Counted from the first letter of the stretch, positions 49,330-58,974 are shown. The stretch: DNA of 64,000 nucleotides from an uncultured Fidelibacterota bacterium (GCA_902526795.1 CABZMF010000001.1:280733-344732), one strand, 5' to 3'. Notes: a model not told the origin generated them from the letters alone. Translations and numbers: made by a program.

Positions 49330-50295
49330 ATGCTAACTGAAAGACCTACTCTATCAGACATAAAAGATGCTCGCTTCAGAACAAAATCTATTGTTCGTAA
49401 TACACCAATTTTAACATCAGAATACTTTAATGATCTGCTTGGCATGGAACTTTTCTTCAAGTGTGAAAATTTTCAGAAAACTGGATCTTTTAAAATTAGA
49501 GGAGCATCGAACGCAATTTTTTCTCTCACCGAAGATGAGGCAATTCAAGGTGTTGCATGTCAATCTTCTGGAAATCATGGTGGAGCAATAGCATGTGCTG
49601 CCAAATTAAAAGGTGTTCATGCAGATGTGGTTATGGCAAAGAGTGTTTCAAAAGCTAAAATTCATAATGTTAAAAGATATAATGGAAACATGATTTTTTG
49701 CGAATCGATGAGTGAAAGAGATGATTTATTTTTAAAAACTGTTAAAGAAAACAATAGAATATCAATTCATCCATATGATAATTACGATGTGATAGCTGGT
49801 CAAGGTACCATTGTACTAGAAATTGTTGAGCAAGTCCCTGAATTTGATTCTGTTGTTGTTCCAATTGGAGGTGGCGGTCTAATTAGTGGTATCTCATTAG
49901 CTCTTAAAGAATTAAAGCCATCCACTAAGCTAATAGGTTGTGAGCCTGAAAATGTTGATGATACATTTCAAATGTATAAAGCTAATAAACGCATTGAAAT
50001 GGCTCATAGAATATCTGTAGCAGATGGTTTAATGGCTATTGTAGGCCAACTAACACTACCCATCATTCAAGAAAATGTTAATGATATTGTATTAGCTTCG
50101 GAGAAAGAGATTATTGATACTACACGTTTAGTATGGGAACGCATGAAAATTGTTATAGAACCTTCTTGCGCATTAGTATTAGCTGCGGTAATTAAAAATA
50201 AAGAAAAGTTTACTGGACAAAAAATAGTATTGGTTATAACAGGTGGTAATGTTGATCTCGTTACTTTACCTTGGTTGGAAGTTGGAAAAGATTAA
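49330..50295 (+). CDS. PLP-dependent serine/threonine dehydratase family protein (serine racemase/threo-3-hydroxyaspartate lyase-like, no ACT domain)
   Basis: 'TGSFKIRGA' (PLP Lys), 'SSGNHG' and 'GGGGLISG' are present. Confidence 0.85.
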   Translation: MLTERPTLSDIKDARFRTKSIVRNTPILTSEYFNDLLGMELFFKCENFQKTGSFKIRGASNAIFSLTEDEAIQGVACQSSGNHGGAIACAAKLKGVHADVVMAKSVSKAKIHNVKRYNGNMIFCESMSERDDLFLKTVKENNRISIHPYDNYDVIAGQGTIVLEIVEQVPEFDSVVVPIGGGGLISGISLALKELKPSTKLIGCEPENVDDTFQMYKANKRIEMAHRISVADGLMAIVGQLTLPIIQENVNDIVLASEKEIIDTTRLVWERMKIVIEPSCALVLAAVIKNKEKFTGQKIVLVITGGNVDLVTLPWLEVGKD

Positions 50296-50317
50296 TTTTT
50301 ATAATTAGAATCAGATA

Positions 50318-50349
50318 TAAAAAAAGCCCTCAAATTGAGGGCTTTTTTT
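50318..50349. terminator. Bidirectional rho-independent terminator between convergent genes
   Basis: AAAAAAGCCCTCAAATTGAGGGCTTTTTTT: a perfect GC-rich stem flanked by an A-tract and a T-tract. Confidence 0.85.
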
Positions 50350-50368
50350 ATTACTTAAATAATTAAGT

Positions 50369-53300
50369 TTACAGATCGTATCCTACACTAAGTGAAGAGA
50401 ATCTACCCATTAGTGGCATTAGAAATCCTTCTCTGTGAACAACATCTGTAATGTTGTCTATATTTAATCCAACTGATAAACCATCTACAGATTTAACATC
50501 CCAGTTAGCATTAACACTAACTGTGTAGAAACCTGGTATATGACCTGAATTGTCTTGCCATCCTTCTGCAAAGAAAGAATCTTGATATCTTAAATTTGCT
50601 CCGTATGAGACATTATCATCAGTATGACTAAACCCAGCACCTAATTTGAATTGAGGAGTGTTCATATATACAGTTTCCTCAACACCTTCGAACATTGAAG
50701 TTACTTCCTCATCACTAAGATAAGAACCATTAATAGTGAAGTTCCAATCTGAAGATGGGAAATAAGTTAATGTAGCTTCAATACCATTAAGGTCTAATGG
50801 TTCGGTAAGCTGTTTATAACCCATAATCCAATTACCACCATAGATATTTTGTTCTGGAGTAATTGCACCAATTGGTACTTGACCTATACCAAGTAACATC
50901 TGAGCAGCTAATTCATCTGCACCAGTACCATTTCCATTACCACCCAATGCTGGAGCATCCATAACTGAAATTAAACCGGTAAGATTTGCATCACCAGCCA
51001 TTCCTGTCATTAATGCAGCAACATAACTTTGTGCATCACCAGCAACTGAAACTGAACCTGATAATGATGTTTTTAGTCCAGTTACATAATTATCAACATT
51101 TAATTTATAAACATCTACAGATAATGCCATGTTGTCTGAAACTAAACCATTATATCCAATCTCTGTTTGTGTCCAAGTTGTTTCTTGAATTTTTGGAATA
51201 TCTGGATAGTTAGTTGAAGGGTCAACTACATTGAATCCTAAATCTGTCACAACATTACCAAAACTACTTGGCATTGCAGTTGCAGCTAAACCTAGAAGTG
51301 CCTGTGCAGCAGCACCAGCTTGTGCAGCTCCATAAGCAGCAGCGCCTGCAACATCTCCTGTTGCAGCTGCATAAGCAGCTCCTACAGCTTGTCCATAACC
51401 GCCTACAAGTGCAGCACCATTATCACTAGCTAAAAACAATCCTGCAGTGATAGGAGCCCATACACCAAATGCGGCAGCATTAATTGTACTATTATTAAGA
51501 GCATAATTAGTATTTACATCTAGCCCTAGTGCTGTAGACCAATTTGATCTAAATGTTGGAGTACCATTGGCATCTCTATCATAAGTCCAACCAGTTGTAG
51601 TTGAACCCATAGCTTTAATCTGGAAATCTGGATTGAATGGTAACACTACTCCAGTTGGATTAGTTGCGCTAGTAAAATCAATTCCAAAAACATTACCGTA
51701 TACGAAGTCTCTACGAACAGCAATATCTAGATTTTTAGTAAAGTTTCCAGGAAGGTCAATATTTTGACCATATGTTAAACGAAAACTTCCTCTAACGTCA
51801 TTTGGTGACCAAACCATTCCAAACTTAGGAGCAAAAACACCATCAGTTCCTATATCTTCTAAATAGTTATTTTGATCGTATCTACCAGTAGCTACAACTT
51901 TAAATTCGTCACTAAATTTCTTTTCATATGAGTAGTAAAGTCCCATATTATCAAAGTTATCAATATCCTCGTTTTTACCATTAATAGTTCCATTTGTTTC
52001 TGGAGTTCTGCTTAATACGTCTAAGCCTAATAAAAGCGATTGGTCATTTTTTAATTCAAGAGCATGTTGAAGTTGAAATGCAGTATTTTTAGACTGATCG
52101 TAAATAATATTTCCTGTTGAAAGGTTATATGTAGTTTTCTGATCATTTACATTTGAGAATAAGTTAACAAATAAGTTACCTCCTAAAATGTCTTGTCTAA
52201 AATAAGAAACTTGCATTTGATACAACCATGCATCGTCTGAATGTGCTCTTCCAATACCGGTAAATTCTAATGCACTAATATTTCCAGCTCTTAAATTAAC
52301 TGTAAGATTAGATTTTAGATCAGGACGAAACACAGTCTTTGAATCAAAGAATGTTGCTTCTGGTGAAAAAGGTTCATCTGCAGAAGCAGTATTAGGTGAT
52401 CCACCAACTGGGTCATTATATCCACCACGTGTATAATCTACATATGGATAAGTTACAGTTTGTTCACCTCTTCTAATTAATAGTGGTTCAAAATAAGTAT
52501 GACCGTCTAAAGCAGCGTCAGCTTGAGTTCTAGGCATATTAGATGCCCAGTCATCAAAAGTAGTATGAGTAACTGTAAATCTTGTAGCAGCTCTACTACC
52601 AATTTGACCTGCAAAACGACCATATAATTTCAAATAATTTCTTTCACCAGCAGTTACTTCAACTCTGGGACCTTGATTGAAAGGAGATTTTGTAAACATG
52701 GAAATAACTCCTTGTTGGGTATCTGGACCATACATAGGTGGCGCAGGACCTCTTAAAACCTCAACTCTTTCAATATCATCGTCTCCAGGAGCCATGAACT
52801 GTAGTAATTGAGCATTAATAACTGGAGCACGTGACCATCTGTTATCAACAACAGCATGAACCGCACCAGTAAAAATACCATTAAATCCTCTTACTGTCAT
52901 ATTTTGTGATTCTAGACCAGTTTTCATTGTTTCAATTCCAGCTTTGTTAGCTAAAATATCTACAAAGTAAACAGCATTTCGTGCTGATAATTCATCAGCT
53001 GAAATAACTTCAACACTAGCAGGGGCCTCAGTTATCAACTCTCTTTTAAGAGAAGCTGATACAACAACTTGATCAAGAACTAAATTTCCTTTTTCAAGAG
53101 TCAAATTAACTGAACTAGAAGCACCACCACTTACTGTAACTGAAGCACTAGCATCATCATATCCAATAAAAGATGCAGTAACAGTGTAAGTACCATCACC
53201 CAGGCCTGAAATTGAGAATGATCCATCTTGATTAGATGAAGCTCCAGCTTCAGTACCTTCAACAGCTACATTTGCTCCAGCTAATGCGTTTCCTTCATCA

Positions 53301-53392
53301 TCAGAAACAGTTCCGACAACACTTTGCGCTATAAGCGATGTAACTGAAAAAACTAGGGCAAATGTATATTTAAAACTCTGTTTAAATTTCAT
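50369..53392 (-). CDS. TonB-dependent outer-membrane receptor with an N-terminal carboxypeptidase-regulatory-like domain
   Basis: It has a signal peptide, 'VVGTVSDDEGNALAGANVAVEG...YTVTASFIGY', a plug ('VEVLRGPAPPMYGPDTQQGVISMFTK') and a long beta-barrel. Length is 1007 aa. Confidence 0.88.
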   Translation of the reverse strand: MKFKQSFKYTFALVFSVTSLIAQSVVGTVSDDEGNALAGANVAVEGTEAGASSNQDGSFSISGLGDGTYTVTASFIGYDDASASVTVSGGASSSVNLTLEKGNLVLDQVVVSASLKRELITEAPASVEVISADELSARNAVYFVDILANKAGIETMKTGLESQNMTVRGFNGIFTGAVHAVVDNRWSRAPVINAQLLQFMAPGDDDIERVEVLRGPAPPMYGPDTQQGVISMFTKSPFNQGPRVEVTAGERNYLKLYGRFAGQIGSRAATRFTVTHTTFDDWASNMPRTQADAALDGHTYFEPLLIRRGEQTVTYPYVDYTRGGYNDPVGGSPNTASADEPFSPEATFFDSKTVFRPDLKSNLTVNLRAGNISALEFTGIGRAHSDDAWLYQMQVSYFRQDILGGNLFVNLFSNVNDQKTTYNLSTGNIIYDQSKNTAFQLQHALELKNDQSLLLGLDVLSRTPETNGTINGKNEDIDNFDNMGLYYSYEKKFSDEFKVVATGRYDQNNYLEDIGTDGVFAPKFGMVWSPNDVRGSFRLTYGQNIDLPGNFTKNLDIAVRRDFVYGNVFGIDFTSATNPTGVVLPFNPDFQIKAMGSTTTGWTYDRDANGTPTFRSNWSTALGLDVNTNYALNNSTINAAAFGVWAPITAGLFLASDNGAALVGGYGQAVGAAYAAATGDVAGAAAYGAAQAGAAAQALLGLAATAMPSSFGNVVTDLGFNVVDPSTNYPDIPKIQETTWTQTEIGYNGLVSDNMALSVDVYKLNVDNYVTGLKTSLSGSVSVAGDAQSYVAALMTGMAGDANLTGLISVMDAPALGGNGNGTGADELAAQMLLGIGQVPIGAITPEQNIYGGNWIMGYKQLTEPLDLNGIEATLTYFPSSDWNFTINGSYLSDEEVTSMFEGVEETVYMNTPQFKLGAGFSHTDDNVSYGANLRYQDSFFAEGWQDNSGHIPGFYTVSVNANWDVKSVDGLSVGLNIDNITDVVHREGFLMPLMGRFSSLSVGYDL

Positions 53393-53533
53393 TATTTATA
53401 CCTCTTTTTTATTATTATTAGTTAGTTGTTTTACGCGCACTTTTTGCACGAAAATTTTAATTATTTTCAAAGGTAAAGCCATAAATGAAAAAAACCAAAC
53501 AAAAAATCCGTACTATTATTAACTTAGTTTTCA

Positions 53534-54031
53534 ATGCAAGTAATTAAAAAAATAGTAATTTTAGTAATTTTTACAATAAATGCTCATTCTCAAACAATGG
53601 AACAATTAATGGAAGACAACAAAAAAAAATTAACAGATATGCAGTATTATGTGACACAGGACTGTGGAACTGAACCAGCCTTTAACAATGAATATTGGGA
53701 TCACAAAGAACCAGGGATATATGTAGATGTAGTGTCGGGAGAAGCCCTATTCGCCTCTACACATAAATATGATTCAAATTCTGGATGGCCGTCATTTTAC
53801 CAACCAATTGAAGAAAAAAATGTAAAATTTGAACAAGATTATCAATTAATATTGCCTCGTACAGAAGTTAAAAGTAGTCAAGGAGATTCGCACCTTGGAC
53901 ATGTTTTCAATGATGGTCCAAACCCAACTGGATTACGATATTGTATAAATTCAGCTGCTTTAAAATTTATTCCAGTCAAAGAAATGGAAGAAAAAGGGTA
54001 TAAAAAATATCTATACCTCTTTGATACTTAA
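53534..54031 (+). CDS. msrB: Peptide-methionine (R)-S-oxide reductase MsrB. The start is ambiguous (53534 with a signal-like N-terminus, or 53597).
   Basis: 'GWPSF' and catalytic 'GLRYCINS' are present. It lacks the Zn-binding CxxC pairs. Confidence 0.88.
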   Translation: MQVIKKIVILVIFTINAHSQTMEQLMEDNKKKLTDMQYYVTQDCGTEPAFNNEYWDHKEPGIYVDVVSGEALFASTHKYDSNSGWPSFYQPIEEKNVKFEQDYQLILPRTEVKSSQGDSHLGHVFNDGPNPTGLRYCINSAALKFIPVKEMEEKGYKKYLYLFDT

Positions 54032-55380
54032 TGGAAAAAGAATCTCGATTAAAAGCATTTTTAGCTAATCCTTCTAAATCTATGTGGAATATGGCCCTTC
54101 CTATTATTGCAGGAATGATGGTTCAGACACTATTTAATGTAGTTGATATAATGTTTATTGGATGGTTGGGTGCTGATGAAGTTACTGCTGTTGCATTTGT
54201 AAGTCCTTTATTTTTCATAATTATTGGTCTTGGAGTTGGAATCGGCACTGGAGCGACTGCTACAATTGCACAATATATAGGAAAAAAAGATAAGACTAAT
54301 GCTGAAAAAACTGCAAACCAAACCATTTTAATTGGTTTTTTCAGTACAATAATATTAACTGTTCTTGGTGTAATTTATGGAAGAGAATTACTATATGTTT
54401 TAGGAGCTGAAGGCAATATTTTATCAATATCATATTCTTATTTAAGAATTTTAACTTTTGGGCTTGGACTAGTCATTTTTTCAATGTTTTTTAGAGCAGT
54501 TTTAGCTGGAGAGGGCGAAACAAAAATTCCAATGATAATAGGTCTAATTGGAACAATATTAAATCTTATACTTGATCCAATACTTATCTTTACTTTTGAA
54601 TTAGGTGTTCGAGGAGCAGCATTTGCTACAATTATTAGTCAAATAGTTATGGTATTTTCATATTTATTTATCATTTTTATTAAGAAATCAACATACATTG
54701 AATTTAATCTAAGAGATTTACAATTTGATAGATTCATCTTGTCAAAGATCTTTCAAATAGGAATTCCATCTTCTTTATCAATGTTAATTATATCATTTGG
54801 TCAAGTTGTAATGAACAAGATTCTTGTAAATTATTCAACTGAAGCCGTTGCTGCTTATCAAATTGTTTCTCGTCTCGATATGTTACTCTTTATGCCAATA
54901 TTAGGAATTGCTATTAGTTTAACAACTATTGTAGGAATGTTTTATGGTTCCCAGGAGTTTGAAAAGCTATTAGCAGTTGTTTATTATGGAATTAACAGGG
55001 CAGTTGTTATCACAACAATGAGCGTAATTATATTATTTTTATTAGCCAATAATATTTTACCAGTCTTTAGTTCAAATTCATTGGTTATTGATATTGGTGT
55101 AACATATTTAAAAATTATTATTTTAGCATATCCAGCTGTTGGAATTAGTGTGATCTGTTCAAGGGTTTGTCAAGCACTTGGTCAAGGCATGCCTTTATTG
55201 ATAACTACTATAACAAGGGTAATTTTGCTAACGGCTCCAATGTCATATTATTTTTATTTAATTGGTAAACCAATTGAATGGGTTTGGTATTCTCAGGTTT
55301 TTGCTATTTTAATTGCAGCAGCCATATCTTATTTTTGGATGAGATTTTATTTTAAAAAGTTTAATATTTTTGGAGCTTAG
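54031..55380 (+). CDS. MATE-family efflux transporter
   Basis: It is a 12-TM protein of 449 aa. The N-terminus 'NMALPIIAGMMVQTLFNVVDIMFIG' is typical of MatE repeats. Confidence 0.85.
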   Translation: MEKESRLKAFLANPSKSMWNMALPIIAGMMVQTLFNVVDIMFIGWLGADEVTAVAFVSPLFFIIIGLGVGIGTGATATIAQYIGKKDKTNAEKTANQTILIGFFSTIILTVLGVIYGRELLYVLGAEGNILSISYSYLRILTFGLGLVIFSMFFRAVLAGEGETKIPMIIGLIGTILNLILDPILIFTFELGVRGAAFATIISQIVMVFSYLFIIFIKKSTYIEFNLRDLQFDRFILSKIFQIGIPSSLSMLIISFGQVVMNKILVNYSTEAVAAYQIVSRLDMLLFMPILGIAISLTTIVGMFYGSQEFEKLLAVVYYGINRAVVITTMSVIILFLLANNILPVFSSNSLVIDIGVTYLKIIILAYPAVGISVICSRVCQALGQGMPLLITTITRVILLTAPMSYYFYLIGKPIEWVWYSQVFAILIAAAISYFWMRFYFKKFNIFGA

Positions 55381-55396
55381 CTAAAAAGTTAATTTA

Positions 55397-55852
55397 ATGA
55401 GAATTTTTGAAAATCTTTCTGAGGTCAAAGAATTGACTGGTCAAGAACTAGGAGTCAGTGATTGGCAAAGAATAAATCAAAGACAAATAACAAGATTTGG
55501 AAAAGTTACAGGAGATGAACAATGGATTCATATGGCTCCCATAAAAGCAAAACTTTTGTCACCTTTTAAAAGTACGATTGCACATGGTTTCCTTGTACTT
55601 TCATTGCTTCCAAAGTTTTTAGAAAAAACATATTCAATAAAATCAGCGAAAATGGGAGTTAACTACGGATTAAACCGAGTTAGATTTACTGCACCTGTTC
55701 CTGTTGGAAGTTATTTAAGAGGAAGAGTATTATTGAAAGATTATCAAGAAATTAAAAATGGTGCTAAACTAACCGTTGAAATTACGGTTGAATTGAAAGA
55801 TAATGATAAACCTGCTTGTATTGCGGAACAAATTTTTTTGATTTATGAATAG
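55397..55852 (+). CDS. MaoC-like (R)-specific enoyl-CoA hydratase/dehydratase (hot-dog fold)
   Basis: 'GDEQWIHMAP' and 'TIAHGFL' are present. Length is 151 aa. Confidence 0.8.
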   Translation: MRIFENLSEVKELTGQELGVSDWQRINQRQITRFGKVTGDEQWIHMAPIKAKLLSPFKSTIAHGFLVLSLLPKFLEKTYSIKSAKMGVNYGLNRVRFTAPVPVGSYLRGRVLLKDYQEIKNGAKLTVEITVELKDNDKPACIAEQIFLIYE

Positions 55853-56564
55853 TTTAGATAATCATATTTCTAATTTGTATTTAATAAGGCATGGTCAAGC
55901 ATCATTTGGTGAAAAAGACTATGATAATCTAAGTAAAAAAGGTATTAAGCAATCTACCATTTTAGGAAAAAAATTATTAAAGCAAAAAATTTCATTTGAG
56001 ACAACAATAATCGGGCCATTAAAAAGACATAGACAAACTTTTGAAAGAATAAATGAAGGATATGGTGGAAGTTTAAATAATCCAGTTATAATTGAAGAAT
56101 TTGCGGAAAATCAATTAATGGATATTGCTCAATACTTCATACCAATAATGTTAGGTTCAGATAAAAATCTAAAAGAAATTTTTGATTCTGTACCATTTTG
56201 GAAAAGAAAAAGACTATTTTTGAAATATTTTGATATTATAGCGAAACAATGGATACATAATGAACTAGATTTATCAGATAAAGGATTTGAAAGCTACGAT
56301 AGTTTTAGACAGCGCATAAGAAAAGCTGTCAAAAAAGTATCATCCATCATGAAAGGAAATTCAAATACAATGGTAGTTTCATCCGGTGGAGCTATAACAG
56401 GTGTATATGCTGAATATTACCCATTAAATGTTGAAGAAATAATGGAATTAAATTTCAAAATTAAGAATGCATCTGTATCTTTATTTAAGAAAGAAAATGA
56501 TACTTTTACATTAGATTCATTTAATCGTAGTTTAATACCACGTTACTTAGAAACTTTTATTTAG
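55845..56564 (+). CDS. Histidine phosphatase (PGAM-like) superfamily protein
   Basis: It has the N-terminal 'LYLIRHGQASF' RHG motif. The usual downstream 'SHGG' reads 'SSGGAITG'. Confidence 0.7.
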   Translation: MNSLDNHISNLYLIRHGQASFGEKDYDNLSKKGIKQSTILGKKLLKQKISFETTIIGPLKRHRQTFERINEGYGGSLNNPVIIEEFAENQLMDIAQYFIPIMLGSDKNLKEIFDSVPFWKRKRLFLKYFDIIAKQWIHNELDLSDKGFESYDSFRQRIRKAVKKVSSIMKGNSNTMVVSSGGAITGVYAEYYPLNVEEIMELNFKIKNASVSLFKKENDTFTLDSFNRSLIPRYLETFI

Positions 56565-56571
56565 AGAAATT

Positions 56572-57768
56572 ATGGCACTATCAAGCGAAAAATTTAAAAA
56601 AATAAAATCTAGAATTCAAAAATTTGTAAATGAGGAAATGGTTCCTCACGAACAAGATTATAACGTAAATCATAAATTTGCGGATCATTTAACATCTTTA
56701 GAGGAAAAAAGAAATCTTGTGAGAAAAATGGGTTTATTTGCGCCACAAATTCCAAAAGAGCATGGAGGTTTAGGATTAAGCTTACATCAACTTGGACAAA
56801 TTTATGAAATTCTTGGGAAGACTTTTTACGGATTATATGTATTTAATTGTCAAGCACCTGATGCTGGAAATATGGAAATTTTAATGGAGCATGGATCTAA
56901 TTATCAAAAGCAAACATTTTTGAATCCGTTAGTTGATGGAAAAATAAGAAGTTGCTTTTCAATGACAGAACCTGAATTCTCAGGATCGAATCCTTTAATA
57001 ATGGGAACTACAGCAGTTAAAGATGGATCAAATTATATCATCAATGGCCATAAATGGTTTACTTCATCTGCAGATGGTGCTGATTTTGCAATTGTAATGG
57101 TTATTACAGACCCAAAAAATGAAAATCCATATATGAGAGCTTCTCAAATAATAGTTCCAACCAAAACAGAAGGATTTAATTTTATTAGAAATATATCTGT
57201 GATGGGAGACGAAGGAGATGGATGGAATGCTCATGCAGAAATAATTTATGATAACTGTATTGTTCCTGAAGAAAATATTTTAGGTCCTTTAGGAGCTGGA
57301 TTCAAGATAGCTCAAGATAGGCTTGGTCCTGGTAGAATCCACCATTGTATGAGATGGATAGGAGAATGCGAAAAAGCTTTCGATATGATGTGTGAAAGAG
57401 CTGCATCAAGAGAATTAGCACCAGGAAAGCCATTAGCTTTAAAGCAAACAATTCAAAATTGGATTGCTGAATCAAGAGCAGAAATTAATGCTTCTAGATT
57501 AATGGTTTTAGATGCAGCAAAAAAAATTGATAATGAAGGCGTACATTCAGCAAAAGTCGAAATTTCAACTATAAAATTTTATGTAGCACAAGTACTGCAA
57601 AATGTACTAGATAGAGCAGTACAAGTTCATGGCGCATTAGGAATGACCGATGATACTCCACTTGCATCTCTATATCGGCATGAAAGATCTGCTAGAATTT
57701 ATGATGGAGCAGATGAAGTTCATAAATCAAGGGTTGCAAAAGAAATAATGAAGCAATATTTGAAATAG
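56572..57768 (+). CDS. Acyl-CoA dehydrogenase family protein of the ACAD10/ACAD11 type
   Basis: 'RLGPGRIHHCMRWIG' is present, and 'ARIYDGADEVH' has Asp at the canonical YEG catalytic-Glu position. Confidence 0.85.
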   Translation: MALSSEKFKKIKSRIQKFVNEEMVPHEQDYNVNHKFADHLTSLEEKRNLVRKMGLFAPQIPKEHGGLGLSLHQLGQIYEILGKTFYGLYVFNCQAPDAGNMEILMEHGSNYQKQTFLNPLVDGKIRSCFSMTEPEFSGSNPLIMGTTAVKDGSNYIINGHKWFTSSADGADFAIVMVITDPKNENPYMRASQIIVPTKTEGFNFIRNISVMGDEGDGWNAHAEIIYDNCIVPEENILGPLGAGFKIAQDRLGPGRIHHCMRWIGECEKAFDMMCERAASRELAPGKPLALKQTIQNWIAESRAEINASRLMVLDAAKKIDNEGVHSAKVEISTIKFYVAQVLQNVLDRAVQVHGALGMTDDTPLASLYRHERSARIYDGADEVHKSRVAKEIMKQYLK

Positions 57769-57780
57769 GGTTTCAAACTT

Positions 57781-58929
57781 TTGAGAGTTCCTCTAAAGCT
57801 TAGATTCTTCTATTTACTTTCATTCTTTTTAAAGAATAATAAAACTCCAAATTTTTCTATTGATATTCCTATAAATGTTCGAGATGGTGAAGAGTTTCCT
57901 ATTAAAAACCTTGAAAATTTTTTACGAGAAAGAAACTTTGAGAATGATAGTCTAATTCTCAAGCAATTTCCTAGCGGATATTCAAATTTAACTTATTTTC
58001 TAAAGTCATCAACTAAAGAATTTGTTCTAAGAAGACCCCCTTATGGTGCCAAAAGCTTAAAAGGCGGCCATGATATGCTTCGAGAATATAATGTATTAAG
58101 AAATTTAAAATCTCAATTCAATAAAGTTCCTGAAGTACATTTATATTGTGATAAAACAGACGTCATTGGAGCTCCATTTTACATAATGGATAGAGTTGAA
58201 GGATATATCATTAGGCCCAACTTACAACATAAAGATTCTCCAGGTAGAGAAGTAATTAAAAATATTTCAAATTCTTTGGTTTCAACGCTTGTTGAATTAC
58301 ATAATGTTGATATAAATAAAGCAAATCTAAACAGTCTCGGAAATGTTGAAGGTTATATAAAAAGACAGATAGATGGATGGATTAAAAGATATAATCATTC
58401 AAAAACTGACTCAATCGCAGATATGGATTTTATTGCATCTTGGCTTGACGAAAATCAACCATCAGAAGTAAAGGGTTCAATAATACATAATGATTTCAAG
58501 TATGACAACTTAGTCTTAGATAGAGAAAATTTTTCAAAAATTATTGCTGTTTTGGATTGGGAAATGGCAACAATTGGTGATCCTTTTATGGACCTAGGAA
58601 CTACACTCGGATACTGGGTAGATAAAAATGATCTTCCAGAATTAAAACTTTTTCAATTAAGTGCAACAACATTAGATGGAAATCCCTCAAGAGAGGGTAT
58701 TTTAGATATGTATGAAAGAAAATCTGGTAAAACAATACCCAACCCTGTCTTTTATTATGTTTATGGTTTATTTAAAATAGCAGTTATTGCGCAGCAAATT
58801 TATTTTAGATATAAAAAAGGTTATACAAAGGACAGAAGATTTAGCTTACTTAACTTAGCTGTAATGTCGCTATCGGTAATGGCTAAACAGGCAATAGTGA
58901 AAAAAAGGTTAAGTGATTTATTTGAATAA
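57781..58929 (+). CDS. Phosphotransferase (APH/ChoK kinase-like) family protein, ACAD10/11 N-domain type. TTG start, uncertain.
   Basis: 'PSGYSNLTY', 'FVLRRPP', the catalytic loop 'IIHNDFKYDNLVL' and 'VLDWEMATIGDPFMDL' are present. Confidence 0.82.
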   Translation: MRVPLKLRFFYLLSFFLKNNKTPNFSIDIPINVRDGEEFPIKNLENFLRERNFENDSLILKQFPSGYSNLTYFLKSSTKEFVLRRPPYGAKSLKGGHDMLREYNVLRNLKSQFNKVPEVHLYCDKTDVIGAPFYIMDRVEGYIIRPNLQHKDSPGREVIKNISNSLVSTLVELHNVDINKANLNSLGNVEGYIKRQIDGWIKRYNHSKTDSIADMDFIASWLDENQPSEVKGSIIHNDFKYDNLVLDRENFSKIIAVLDWEMATIGDPFMDLGTTLGYWVDKNDLPELKLFQLSATTLDGNPSREGILDMYERKSGKTIPNPVFYYVYGLFKIAVIAQQIYFRYKKGYTKDRRFSLLNLAVMSLSVMAKQAIVKKRLSDLFE

Positions 58930-58958
58930 AAAAAAGGCCTTCATTTGAAGGCCTTTTT
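58928..58958. terminator. Bidirectional rho-independent terminator between the kinase-like gene and proteorhodopsin
   Basis: AAAAAAAAGGCCTTCATTTGAAGGCCTTTTT. Confidence 0.85.
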
Positions 58959-58974
58959 AGTAAAAATGAATTGA

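Noticed and set aside
53430-53460. The GC-rich patch TACGCGCACTTTTTGCACGAAA in the receptor/msrB divergent region, considered as a second sigma-54 site or operator.
   Set aside because: The GG/GC spacing does not fit the -24/-12 geometry. The sequence is a mirror repeat rather than a true inverted repeat. It does not resemble a Fur box. It stands out only for its composition.
53485-53547. A 20-aa ORF (MKKTKQKIRTIINLVFNASN) overlapping the msrB start.
   Set aside because: It is very short, has no TM segment or coupling logic, and lies in an A-rich promoter region. A chance ORF is the simpler explanation.
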